This document shows, piece after piece, positions 10,819 to 20,236 of a DNA stretch of 64,000 bases. Numbering within the stretch: the stretch's first letter is position 1; every line of letters starts with the position of its first letter. The position numbers and the translations under genes were made by a program. This DNA comes from an uncultured Chloroflexia bacterium (GTDB lineage Bacteria; Chloroflexota; Limnocylindria; Limnocylindrales; CSP1-4). The stretch covers positions 672,001 to 736,000 of the forward strand of contig CAWHDR010000001.1 of assembly GCA_963828165.1 (NCBI GenBank), given 5' to 3'. The notes under the pieces are model-generated. The model was not told the DNA's origin, ran no database searches, and was given only the letters and a program-made list of their open reading frames with translations.

Positions 10819-10844
10819 GTTCGACCGTCAGGCTTCGACGCCCC

Positions 10845-11897
10845 CTGCCGCCGAAGCGCCGGTCGCGACTCGCCCCTCTCGCGGCCTCGTCCCTCGCCCT
10901 CGTGGCCGCGATGGTGAGTGGCTGTGGCCTGGTGGCCCCGACGGGGCCGGCCCATTCGGGAGGTTCGCCGACAGACCCATCCGCAAGCCCTCTCGCGCCG
11001 GTTTCGCCCACCGCCATCGACCCTGGTGTGGGCCGCCTCGTCTGGCTGGTCGACCGCGCCGGACGATTCGGCATCTGGACGACGGATCTCGCCGGCGCGG
11101 ACGTGCGCACGTACCGAGTGGGCCTCGACGAGGTCGGGACGGCGCTTCGTGACGCTCGGCTCGTCGGCGAGGATATCGTCGTCATCCGCGATGGGCCGAC
11201 ATCCGAGCTGTGGCTCCTGTCGCCGACCGCTCCGCCGAGGCTCCTGCTGGACAACGTCAATTCCTTCGTCCAGAGCGGCGCCCGGGAGCTGGTCGCCGTC
11301 CGGGACGTGGGCACGATACGGGCGATCTGGCGCGTACCCCTGGACGGGCTGCGGGCCTCGGTCCTCGCCGAGCTGCCCGTGCCCGACCACGGCCCGCAGG
11401 TGGGCCCGTTCGGGTTCGCGATCTCGCCGGACGGTCGGACCGTGGCCGCGGGCTGGGTGGGTGGACCGGTCGACGTGATCGGGCCCAACCCGTCGACGTT
11501 GCGTGACGTCGGCGCCCCGCTCGTCGTCGGGGACGATGGTCGGATCGTGGCGGTCATGGGCCGTGTCGGTGACGCCTATCTCCTCGAGGGCGACCGACTG
11601 GTCGACCTGGCGGCACCGGAAAGCGACCCATTGGCCGTGCCTGGTTCGGGCCTCGTCGCCTGGGTCTCGATCGGCGACGACGGCGCGCTCGACGCGGTCG
11701 AGGTGCGAGACCTCCTCGCGGGCACCAGCGAGACGTATCCGGCTGGCGGCATCGCGACGAACGTGGTGGCGCTCAGCGCGGACCACGTCATCCTGGAGGC
11801 CACCGCGTTCGACCCGCAGACGCGGACGATCGGCGTGGTCGACCGGCGCAGTGGACGGTTCGAGACCTTCGGGGCATCCGCGCCTGCGGCCGACTAG
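10845..11897 (+). CDS. Putative lipoprotein, beta-propeller-like (start uncertain)
   Basis: Basic N-terminus, hydrophobic stretch and lipobox-like VSGC; FAISPDGRTVA TolB-like repeat. The longer ORF from 10389 overlaps the peptidase. Confidence 0.65.
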   Translation: MPPKRRSRLAPLAASSLALVAAMVSGCGLVAPTGPAHSGGSPTDPSASPLAPVSPTAIDPGVGRLVWLVDRAGRFGIWTTDLAGADVRTYRVGLDEVGTALRDARLVGEDIVVIRDGPTSELWLLSPTAPPRLLLDNVNSFVQSGARELVAVRDVGTIRAIWRVPLDGLRASVLAELPVPDHGPQVGPFGFAISPDGRTVAAGWVGGPVDVIGPNPSTLRDVGAPLVVGDDGRIVAVMGRVGDAYLLEGDRLVDLAAPESDPLAVPGSGLVAWVSIGDDGALDAVEVRDLLAGTSETYPAGGIATNVVALSADHVILEATAFDPQTRTIGVVDRRSGRFETFGASAPAAD

Positions 11898-12098
11898 CCC
11901 GCGCGGGCGAGGACCCCCGCGAGGGCGCCACGCGCCAGACGGCGACGAGCCGCCGCATCCTGCGGCGTTCACCGACAAAGGCCGTAACGGCCCTGTTACC
12001 GTGACCCCGAGGACGGCCGCCACGGACGCAGCCCGCGCTGACCCACGCTCGGCGTCAGCCGGCCATCCGGCCGATGCTGGATCTCGAGGGAGGATGCG

Positions 12099-12905
12099 AT
12101 GTCCGGAGTCACCGACTGGGGCGATGCCATATTCCTGGCGCTCACCAACGCCCTGAACTCATTCCTGAACGCGATCCCACAGGTGATCGGGGCCCTGCTG
12201 ATCATCATCATCGGCTGGGTGATCTCGAATCTCCTGGCTCGGGTCGTTCGCGAGATCCTGGAGCGGGCCGGAGCGGATCGGCTGTTCGCCCAGCACGGCG
12301 GCGCGGTCTACGGGTCGCGATCGAGCGCGTTCCAGCCGAGCGTGGTCGCGGCAGAGATCGTGAAGTGGATCGTCCGCTTCATCTTCCTCGTCGCGGCAGC
12401 CAACGTCCTCGGCATGCCGCAGGTCAGCCAGCTCCTCAATGAGGTGCTGCTGTGGATCCCGAACCTCCTCGTGGCGATGGTCATCCTGCTCGTTGCGCCC
12501 CTCCTCGCGCGCTTCGTCCGAGGCGCGATCGAGGTCGGAGCGGGCCAGATGGGCTTCTCGAATGCGCGCCTGCTGGGGATCATCTCCGAGGTCGCGATCG
12601 TCGCGTTCGCGGTGCTGGTCGCCATCAACCAGCTTGGCATCGCCGCCGACCTGATCAACATCCTGTTCATCGGCATCGTGGCGTCGCTGGCACTCGCGTT
12701 CGGGCTGGCCTTCGGCCTGGGCGGCCGAGAGGTCGCCGCGCGCATCACCCAGGATTGGTACGAGACCATGAGCAGCGCCACAGAGAAGGTGATCGAGGCC
12801 GCGAGCGCCGACGACCCGTCGCCGGCGTCCCCCGCGTCGTCTCGCTCACAGCAGGCCACCCCATCGGCCCAGTTCGAAGCGGAGCGCGGCCCCGACGCGA
12901 TCTGA
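12099..12905 (+). CDS. TM-helix-repeat membrane protein (CmpX / MscS-associated)
   Basis: Two IPxxIxAxxI repeats and ALAFGLAFGLGGRE motif; RBS GGAGG. Confidence 0.85.
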   Translation: MSGVTDWGDAIFLALTNALNSFLNAIPQVIGALLIIIIGWVISNLLARVVREILERAGADRLFAQHGGAVYGSRSSAFQPSVVAAEIVKWIVRFIFLVAAANVLGMPQVSQLLNEVLLWIPNLLVAMVILLVAPLLARFVRGAIEVGAGQMGFSNARLLGIISEVAIVAFAVLVAINQLGIAADLINILFIGIVASLALAFGLAFGLGGREVAARITQDWYETMSSATEKVIEAASADDPSPASPASSRSQQATPSAQFEAERGPDAI

Positions 12906-12940
12906 CCCGCCGCACGGCAGGCTGACGGATCGAGGCCTCG

Positions 12941-14617
12941 TCAGCCGACCCGATCGAGCCCGCGAAGCGGATCGAAGCTTTCGGTCCGCTCGGCGACCGC
13001 ATCACCGCCGATGGCGCTTCGGCCAGCGGCTCCCTCGCCATGGTCGTCGCGACGCGGCGGCTCGCCGACGACCGCCCGCCAGCCGAGGTCGGCCAGGCGT
13101 TCCAGGGTGGCCATCGCCGCCGCGACCATCGCCGAGGCGTGCGCCTCGGCGGCGCCGCTCAGCGGTCCAGGCGTCGCGACCCCGGCGACGTCCGCCGCGG
13201 TCGCGGCGGCGGCGCGGGCCTCCGCAACGGCTCGTCTGGGGTCGGTATGCGACCGGCGGCGCATGACGATCGATTTCGTTCCGGCCCTGGCCAGCGCCGC
13301 GGCGAGGAGGTACGGCCAGGCCGCCACCGCGGCCGATTCCTCCTGCTGCTCGGACGGCTCGTCGAACCGCATCAGGTGGTCCGGAAACGCGCGGCGGCGG
13401 ATGACCACCTCGGCCAGGACGCGCGCCGTCGCAGCGGCCTCGTCCGCCAGCCAGCTCGGATAGGCCCCCACCGCGATCCGCTCGGCGGCGATCCCATCGG
13501 CCCGCGCGAGCGCGACGCCGACAAGCTGAAGGGCCAGCGCTCGACCCGACCGGGTCGCCACGTCCGACGGAACGCCAGAAGCGAGATCCGGCGCCACGAC
13601 CAGCGGCCCCGGGCCGATCGAGATGAGAGTGTCCGCCCGCCGGTGCAGACGCCGGGCGAAGGCGTGGTCCGCCAGCGCGCGATCCGGGTCGACGCCGCCG
13701 GCGACGATCTCGGCGACCGGATCGGCCTCGACGAGATCCACCCGTTCGAACGATGCGACGACGGCGCCCTCCGGTACCCCGAGTGGCGGGATCGCCATGG
13801 CAAGGCGCACATAGCCGCGCCGTTCTGCGGCGACCCCATCGGCGACCCGCCGGAGGCGGGCCAGGGCGCGCTGGCTGCCGGACGGGGCGGACTCCGCCAG
13901 GTCGAGCCCGTCGGCATCGCTCGCTTGACGTGCCGCGCCACTGCGGACGGAGCCCGTGGCCCGAAACGTGGATCGATCGCGCGGGTGCCACTCGGGCACG
14001 TCGAGGCCGGCGTCCTGCAAGCGATCGGCCATCTCACGGCCGATCGGGACCTCCACGCGGAGCAGGTCGTAGCCCGCGGCCGCGAGGACGGCGACCTCGT
14101 CGAGGGCCTCGTCGAGATCCGGCTCGGCGACCGTCGTGCCGAGCCACGGCCGGCGAGCCTCACCGAGCAGGTCCAGGAGTTCGCGCCGCGCGACGCGGTC
14201 CGTGTCCATCCGCTCGATCGCCGCGCCGGCCAGGCGGGCCGCCTCGGCCTCCGCGACGGCGCGTCGATCGGGTTCCCGCAGCAGCTCGGCCTCGAGGGCG
14301 AGGTCGACCGCGCCCGATGCGACGTCCATGGCGAGCTGTTGCGGCTCCAGGTCGTATTCGAGCAGCGCCATCGCAAAGGGCAGGGCCACCCCGCCGCCGA
14401 GCCCGTCGTGGGCGCTCGCGAGCCAGCGGTCGACCGCGCCGCCGGCGAGTGGTCGGCCGGTCCGGTCCAGGCCGTTCACCCCGAAGAGGCGCAGCAACGC
14501 ACGCTCCTGCCCCAGGGTGGTCGATGCTCGCGCGCGGGCGCCCCAGGCGCCGGCCAGCGTTTCGGCGCGATCGGCCAGCCGATCGATCGCATCGATGGCC
14601 GCGGCATTCGGACTCAT
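12941..14617 (-). CDS. Divergent homolog of lysine 5,6-aminomutase alpha subunit (KamD-like TIM barrel), probably inactive
   Basis: STTLGQERALLRLFGVNG, PQQLAMDVASGAVDL, RGYVRL...LGVPE...FERVD and RALADHAFARR track KamD as recalled; PLP-binding motifs are not conserved. Confidence 0.7.
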   Translation of the reverse strand: MSPNAAAIDAIDRLADRAETLAGAWGARARASTTLGQERALLRLFGVNGLDRTGRPLAGGAVDRWLASAHDGLGGGVALPFAMALLEYDLEPQQLAMDVASGAVDLALEAELLREPDRRAVAEAEAARLAGAAIERMDTDRVARRELLDLLGEARRPWLGTTVAEPDLDEALDEVAVLAAAGYDLLRVEVPIGREMADRLQDAGLDVPEWHPRDRSTFRATGSVRSGAARQASDADGLDLAESAPSGSQRALARLRRVADGVAAERRGYVRLAMAIPPLGVPEGAVVASFERVDLVEADPVAEIVAGGVDPDRALADHAFARRLHRRADTLISIGPGPLVVAPDLASGVPSDVATRSGRALALQLVGVALARADGIAAERIAVGAYPSWLADEAAATARVLAEVVIRRRAFPDHLMRFDEPSEQQEESAAVAAWPYLLAAALARAGTKSIVMRRRSHTDPRRAVAEARAAAATAADVAGVATPGPLSGAAEAHASAMVAAAMATLERLADLGWRAVVGEPPRRDDHGEGAAGRSAIGGDAVAERTESFDPLRGLDRVG

Positions 14618-14641
14618 GTCGCCAAGGATAGGGGCGCGCGT

Positions 14642-15484
14642 TCAGCCACCGACGGCCACGGCCAGCCGGTTCATCGCGAGGAACGCGCGAAAGGCCATCA
14701 GGGGGTCGTCGGCCGTGAAGCGGACGGTTCGGTCCCCGACCCGCTCCGCCCCGGGCAGGATCGCGGCGTGGTCGGCGAGGACGCCCAGCGCGAAATCGAT
14801 CTCCACGACGACCGGCGGCCCGATCTGGAGCGGGCGCATCTCGCCCGATGCGGCGCGCCGGACCGCACGCTCCGCGCCCTCGCGCACGCGGTCGGCGGCG
14901 ACCGAGGGATGCACCGATGCGGCGGAATGCCCGCCGTCCGCGGTCTTGACCACGACCCGCTCCGCCCAGGGCAGCCAGTCCGGCACCTCCTCGGCCAGCG
15001 CGTCGTCGCCGGTCACGAGACCCACCGGGATCCCCCAAGCGCCGAGGGCCAGGGCGTTGAGCCCGTACTCGCCCGTCGGCCGGCCGTCGAGGCGGGACTC
15101 GACCGGCGCCCCGGAATAGGTGTGCGCGATCGTGCCGCGCGGGTGGCCGGCGCGGGCGTGGTAACCGACGAAGAGGGCGACGTCGAAGCTTGCGCCACCA
15201 TCCGGCCCGGGTTGCGCACCCGCGACCATCGACCATGCCTTCTGGCCCTGGAGGATCGTCGCCTCGCGATGCATGTCCGCCGGCTTGAGGTTGTACATCC
15301 CGCCGTGACTGTCGTTGACGAGGACGCGCGTAGCACCACCCGACAGGGCGCCCTCGATGGCGGCATTCGTTTCGGCGACCATCAGGTCAACCGCCGCCGG
15401 GTACTTGGCGTCCTTGGACCCGGTCGGCGCCGGGTGGCTGATGCCGCCGATGCCCTCCATGTCCACGCTGATGTAGACCCTCAT
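14642..15484 (-). CDS. dppA: M55 family D-aminopeptidase
   Basis: ISVDMEG, VNDSHG, FVGYHA, AHT, GE and VTGDD metal-site motifs. Confidence 0.92.
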   Translation of the reverse strand: MRVYISVDMEGIGGISHPAPTGSKDAKYPAAVDLMVAETNAAIEGALSGGATRVLVNDSHGGMYNLKPADMHREATILQGQKAWSMVAGAQPGPDGGASFDVALFVGYHARAGHPRGTIAHTYSGAPVESRLDGRPTGEYGLNALALGAWGIPVGLVTGDDALAEEVPDWLPWAERVVVKTADGGHSAASVHPSVAADRVREGAERAVRRAASGEMRPLQIGPPVVVEIDFALGVLADHAAILPGAERVGDRTVRFTADDPLMAFRAFLAMNRLAVAVGG

Positions 15485-16227
15485 CTCCCCTCCGCGCTCG
15501 ATCGCGCCGGGTGGCCGATCCAGACGTGGCCGTCGCTGAAGTGCTCGGCCTTCCAGATCGGCGCACGAGCCTTGGTCTCGTCGATGGCGTAGCGGGCCGC
15601 GGCGAACGCTGCGTCGCGATGGGGAGCCACGGCGACGACCGCGATCGACGTGTCGCCCAGCGGAACCGCCCCGGTCCGATGGACGATGGCCACCCGCTCC
15701 ACGCCAAAGTGCTCCGCGATCTCGTCGGCGATCTCCGCGAGGACCGCCAATGCCATCGATTCGTGCGTCTCGTACTCCAACGATTCGACCGCGCGGCCGG
15801 CGTGGCGGGCGGCCTCCGCCTCCTGGCCGGGCGCCGGTGTGCCCGGCGTGGCACGGGTCCGCCCGAGGAACCCCACGGCCGCCCCGTCCTCCGCGGATGC
15901 CAGACGCTCGGTCAGCTCGCCGAGGACGGCGGCGTCGAATGGGTCGGCGCGAAGCTCCAGGATGCGTATCGGCCCGGGCCGTCCCCCGCCCGAGACCGGC
16001 GGGATCATCGCCACTTCGTCGCCGTCCTGGAGCGCGGTCGTGGCATCCGCGTACGCCCCGTTGCGCGCGAACCGGACGAAGTCGCGGCCGGGGCCGAGCG
16101 CGGGGTACTGCTTCACGAGCGCGTCCCAGGCGTCCGCGACCGTGGCATCGGGCGACACGTCGAGGCCCACCTCGCGCGTCCCGGCGAGCTCGCGCTGGAC
16201 CGCGAACAGGCGGACCCGGATGCGCAT
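15481..16227 (-). CDS. MoaD-MoaE fusion (molybdopterin synthase, MoaX-like)
   Basis: MRIRVRLFA...DGDEVAMIPPVSGG (MoaD) followed in frame by FLGRTR...LEYE...HRTG...APHR...APIWKAE (MoaE). Confidence 0.92.
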   Translation of the reverse strand: MRIRVRLFAVQRELAGTREVGLDVSPDATVADAWDALVKQYPALGPGRDFVRFARNGAYADATTALQDGDEVAMIPPVSGGGRPGPIRILELRADPFDAAVLGELTERLASAEDGAAVGFLGRTRATPGTPAPGQEAEAARHAGRAVESLEYETHESMALAVLAEIADEIAEHFGVERVAIVHRTGAVPLGDTSIAVVAVAPHRDAAFAAARYAIDETKARAPIWKAEHFSDGHVWIGHPARSSAEGR

Positions 16228-16231
16228 CGAG

Positions 16232-16903
16232 CTAGCCGTGCCACGTGGCGATGAGCAGCCCGTCCCCGACCGGCAGGATCGTGGCGGTGAACCGGTCGTC
16301 GCCGAGGACGCGCTCGGAGAACCGGCGGAGCGCGTTCGTGCTCGCGTCGTCGGGCTCCGTCGGGCGCGACCCTGAGACACGACCACTCCACAGGACGTTG
16401 TCGGCGACGACGAGCGCGCCCGGGGTCAGGCGGTTTCCGTCGACGAGAGCATCCAGATACGCCTCGTATTCGGGTTTGAGGGCGTCGATGAAGGCCATGT
16501 CGAACGGGCCGGCGAGTGCCGGTTCCGCCCCGTCAAATGCTTCGAGCGCCTTGGCCGAGACGACCGTGACACGGTCCTCGGCGATCCCGGCATCTCGCCA
16601 CCAGCCGCGTGCGAGGTCCGTCCGTTCGCGATCGGGATCGATCGTCACGATGGTTCCGCCGGCCGGCTGGCCCATGGCCATCCACAACGTCGAGTGACCG
16701 TACGCGGTCCCGACCTCGACGATCCGGCGCCGATCCCCCGCGAGCACCGCGAGCACACGACCGCTGTGACGGTCGACGATCGGCACGCCGAGCGGCTCGG
16801 CCGCGGCCTCGATGGCGAGGACCGCCGCCGGCGGCGGGACGCTGGTCGACTCGATCCAGTCGAGATCCTCCACGTCAGGGATCCAGTCGCGGTCATCCTT
16901 CAC
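16232..16903 (-). CDS. SAM-dependent O-methyltransferase (COMT/CCoAOMT-like)
   Basis: VEVGTAYGHS, FDMAFIDALK, VADNVLWSG, LPVGDGL. Confidence 0.92.
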   Translation of the reverse strand: MKDDRDWIPDVEDLDWIESTSVPPPAAVLAIEAAAEPLGVPIVDRHSGRVLAVLAGDRRRIVEVGTAYGHSTLWMAMGQPAGGTIVTIDPDRERTDLARGWWRDAGIAEDRVTVVSAKALEAFDGAEPALAGPFDMAFIDALKPEYEAYLDALVDGNRLTPGALVVADNVLWSGRVSGSRPTEPDDASTNALRRFSERVLGDDRFTATILPVGDGLLIATWHG

Positions 16904-16915
16904 GGGGCGTCTCCA

Positions 16916-17755
16916 TCACACCAGCAGGCCGAAGCCGAAGTACAAGCCCGCCGCCAGGATCGTGCCGGCCGCGATCGTGCCGACATTGATGTACAGGAGC
17001 CCCGTCGCAGACTCCATCGAGCGGGTCTCGGCCGTCTTGACGGCTGCCCAGCAGACGATCAATGGGAACACGAGCCCGACGATCAAGCGCAGCCAGACGA
17101 ACAGCGCCAGGTCGCCGGTGAGGGCCCCGAACGGCGCGCCGCCCGCGGGTCCGGCACCCGATCCGACCCATGCCACGAACAGGACGAGCTGCACGCAAAC
17201 GACGGCGAGCAGCGTGCGCGACAGCAGGAGCAGGGGCGCCTCCGGGAGCTTCGGTGTGACGAGATACCAGTGGCCCAGGATCATCGCTGCGAAGACGCCA
17301 CCGGTCGCGGCAGTCAGCGCGGTCAACTCGACCAGCAGACCCAGCGTCCCGAGCGATCCGCCGCCCCAGGCGAGTGCGCCGCACGTGAGCGTCAGGATCC
17401 CGGCCGCCAGCGCGAGCAGCTCCAACGGTCCGGCGACATCTGGACGGATCCGGCGGGCGACGAGCGCCAGCGCCGCCACCGCGCAGAATGCCAGCAGGGC
17501 GGCCCGCCGCGGGGCGTCCCACGTCACGTCGAGCGCGACCGGCGACGCGCCGAGCGACGAGGGGAGCGCACCGTCACTCAACCATGCGAGCACCCCGAAG
17601 CCGACCGCGCAGGCCGCCGCAAATGCGAGGAAGCCGCCCGTCGCACTCGAGCGCCGCCGGAGCAGGACGACAGCGGCGTACGAGCCCAGGGCGAGACCGG
17701 TCAGCACGGTCCAGTTGATGAACGCGAGGTTCTGGGCGATCTGCGCGGCGGGCAC
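16916..17755 (-). CDS. Polytopic membrane protein of unknown function (GHWYL motif)
   Basis: About 8 hydrophobic segments; AMILGHWYLVTPKL and SATGLLY; GTG 6 nt after TACACT. Confidence 0.75.
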   Translation of the reverse strand: MPAAQIAQNLAFINWTVLTGLALGSYAAVVLLRRRSSATGGFLAFAAACAVGFGVLAWLSDGALPSSLGASPVALDVTWDAPRRAALLAFCAVAALALVARRIRPDVAGPLELLALAAGILTLTCGALAWGGGSLGTLGLLVELTALTAATGGVFAAMILGHWYLVTPKLPEAPLLLLSRTLLAVVCVQLVLFVAWVGSGAGPAGGAPFGALTGDLALFVWLRLIVGLVFPLIVCWAAVKTAETRSMESATGLLYINVGTIAAGTILAAGLYFGFGLLV

Positions 17756-17825
17756 GGCGCCAGTGTAGGCGGGTGACTCGCATCGGCACGAAGGCGGGCA
17801 GGCGTTGCCGACGCTCGGCGTGGCC

Positions 17826-18893
17826 TCAGGGATCGGCCTCGAACGCCACGCCGACGAGCTTCGCGGTGAGGCCATCGCTGATCGGTGGAGCCCCCGGATA
17901 CTCCGTGTCGAACCCGCGCGTCTGGCCCGGACCCAGCCGCCCGACATCGCTCGGGTCGTACACAGCTCCGAGTGGCCGTCCGTCCTGGGTGAGGACGAGG
18001 GCGCCGGCCATCACCCAGCGGGTCGCGGTCGTGCCCTCGTTCCGGACCCGGCCGGTCACGCGCAGCCCGCCGCCGACGCCGATCGCGGCACGCAGGTCGC
18101 TGACCTCGAGGGTGCCGGCGAGGGGATCCGTAGCCTCCGCGTGCACGTCGGTCTCCACCCTATCCGAGTCGGTCGGATCCACGAACGCGACGCTGACCGT
18201 GTCGACCAGGTAGCCGGTCTCACCCGGCGCGATCGCTGCCGGGAGGGCGGCGGTGAAGATGCCGCCGGCGATTTCCTGGTCATCGGGGTTGACGATCCGA
18301 TAGCTGCTGATCGAGAGCGGCAGCCGGATCCAGCGCTCGTCGTCATTCCGGACGGGCTGGATGATCTGCATGCGCGTCTCCCCGTACGGCCCCTCCCACG
18401 TGCGCACCGCGACCCGTCCCAGGGTCATCGCGGGTTCGCCCTGCGCCACGGCGCTCGGCGTGGATGGGGCCGGGGTGTTCGGGGAGGTCGGGCTCGCCGA
18501 TGGGGCCTGGGATGCCCGTCCAGACGGGACTGGCGCGGATGCACGTGCCTCCGGGCTGCTGTCGCCGGGACCCAGTCCGGTCACCCCCTGGACCGCACCG
18601 TCACCCGACGGCCCGAGAAGGGTCGGCAGCAGCGCCGAGCCGAGGAGCGCGACCACCGTGAGCCCGCTGATGACGGCGACGGCCGGACCTCGCCCGCGGA
18701 TCGATCGCGAGGGCCTCCAGCGTCTGGATGGAGCTGGCGTGTCGGCGCGCACTGTCGCGAGCACGGGCGCCGTCGCGAGCGCTCGACACGTCGGACACAG
18801 GTACACGCCGTCCTCCGTGCGGCGGAGACCACCGCCCTGGAGGCGCTCCAGGAACGGCGGGTAGCGGCCGCAGGATTCGCAATACCCCTTCAC
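17826..18893 (-). CDS. Membrane-anchored protein with N-terminal CxxC...CxxC ribbon and FxLYD-like Ig domains
   Basis: YCESC...LCPTC, TM, P/S/T linker, two beta domains (VRNDD...IAPGET; VTGRVRNEG...LGPGQT). Confidence 0.65.
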   Translation of the reverse strand: MKGYCESCGRYPPFLERLQGGGLRRTEDGVYLCPTCRALATAPVLATVRADTPAPSRRWRPSRSIRGRGPAVAVISGLTVVALLGSALLPTLLGPSGDGAVQGVTGLGPGDSSPEARASAPVPSGRASQAPSASPTSPNTPAPSTPSAVAQGEPAMTLGRVAVRTWEGPYGETRMQIIQPVRNDDERWIRLPLSISSYRIVNPDDQEIAGGIFTAALPAAIAPGETGYLVDTVSVAFVDPTDSDRVETDVHAEATDPLAGTLEVSDLRAAIGVGGGLRVTGRVRNEGTTATRWVMAGALVLTQDGRPLGAVYDPSDVGRLGPGQTRGFDTEYPGAPPISDGLTAKLVGVAFEADP

Positions 18894-20236
18894 GGCCGCC
18901 GCGCGCTCCAGCGGATCGCCGCGAGACCGAGTCCGCCCACGACGAACGCGAGGCCGAGCACGATCGCGATCCACGGAATGCTCTCCGGGGCACTCCGCGA
19001 CGCGTGGTGAAGCGTCGCATCCGTCGGCGGGACCTCCTTGACATCGGTGAACCGGTCCGGGAACTGGTTGGCGATGGCCGTGCCCAGCGCGTCCCCGACC
19101 TCGAACATCTGGGCGTACGCCTCGCGGGTGACCGCGACGGTTCGCTCGTGGTCGCCGGCCGCGGCGGCATCCACCTGGTTGATCAGGGCGGTGACGTGGT
19201 GGCTGATCATGGCCTCGAGGTCCGCCACGGCCAGCGCCGGGATCGCGGCGTTCAGGAACTCGGCGAGGGCGGTGTGATAGGTGTGGAGCGATGCCAGGGC
19301 ATCGGCGCGGGCGGCCTCATCGCCTTCGCGGACCGCCTCGATGTAGGCGAGGTAGGTCGTGATGTGGCGACTCCACAGCTCGTCGAAGGCCGACCCCGCG
19401 TCGGCCCCGAAGATCCGTCCGATGGCGGCGGCCAGGTCCTTGCCGTTGGCGTCGAGGCTGGCAGCCGAAGCGGCCATGTCCGCGCGCTCCGCGAGGCCTG
19501 CCCGCATGGCTTCCGCGGCCACGACCAGGTGCTCACCAAGCAGTCGCCCAAGGTCCAGGCGCAGCGAGGCGCGCGGACTGAATGCGACCGAGCCATCGGG
19601 ATAATGGTCCGGGAACTGCGCGATGATCGCGCGCGCCAGGTCGTCGCCGAAATCGAACATGTGCGCGTAGGCGGCACGTTCGGTCGCGAAGGACTGGGCA
19701 TAGTCCATGCCCACGAACGAGGTGAGCTGGTCCAGGTGCAGCTGCAGGGCGTGCGATTCGGCGTCACCGGAGATCTTCGGATTGGCGGCGGTCAGGAACT
19801 TGCCGAAATCCCTCCGGTATCGCTGCAGGGTCGCGAGGGCCGCATCGGCCGCCGCCGCGTTCCCCGCGGCCGTCGCGCGGGACCAATCGATGAGGGCATC
19901 GATGTGCTGCTGCCAGATCGGCACGAATGCTTTGACGCCGGCGCTGCCGTACACGTGCGCCAGCGCGTCCCGCAAAGCGACGGTGTTGGCCGTCAGGCCG
20001 CTGTTCAGCGCGGTGAAATCCGGGCGCCCCTCCGACGCTGCCCGCATCGCCTCCATCACGAGGAACGCGTGTTCGCCGAGCAGCCGGCCAAGGGCGATGC
20101 GCAGGTCGGCGGAAGCGCGTGTCGTCGGGCTCGCCTCGGCAATGGGACGCCGGTAGTCGACCGAGGCCCCGACTGGTGCAACAAGGGCAAAGGACAGGGC
20201 GATCGCAGCGATCGCCCCAGTAACGCGCGATGCCAT
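18890..20236 (-). CDS. Secreted duplicated helical His-rich protein with C-terminal sorting-signal-like tail
   Basis: Signal peptide; two repeats LRxxLGRLLGEH...WxxHI; ends VPPTDA, TM, WSARRP; RBS GGAG. Confidence 0.8.
   Translation of the reverse strand: MASRVTGAIAAIALSFALVAPVGASVDYRRPIAEASPTTRASADLRIALGRLLGEHAFLVMEAMRAASEGRPDFTALNSGLTANTVALRDALAHVYGSAGVKAFVPIWQQHIDALIDWSRATAAGNAAAADAALATLQRYRRDFGKFLTAANPKISGDAESHALQLHLDQLTSFVGMDYAQSFATERAAYAHMFDFGDDLARAIIAQFPDHYPDGSVAFSPRASLRLDLGRLLGEHLVVAAEAMRAGLAERADMAASAASLDANGKDLAAAIGRIFGADAGSAFDELWSRHITTYLAYIEAVREGDEAARADALASLHTYHTALAEFLNAAIPALAVADLEAMISHHVTALINQVDAAAAGDHERTVAVTREAYAQMFEVGDALGTAIANQFPDRFTDVKEVPPTDATLHHASRSAPESIPWIAIVLGLAFVVGGLGLAAIRWSARRP

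Noticed and set aside
13040-15592. 850-aa plus-strand ORF and similar long ORFs (e.g. 2646-4508, 6594-8903, 22243-24204, 30570-32630)
   Set aside because: Arg/Gly/Pro-rich shadow frames typical of high-GC DNA; they overlap well-supported genes and lack motifs.
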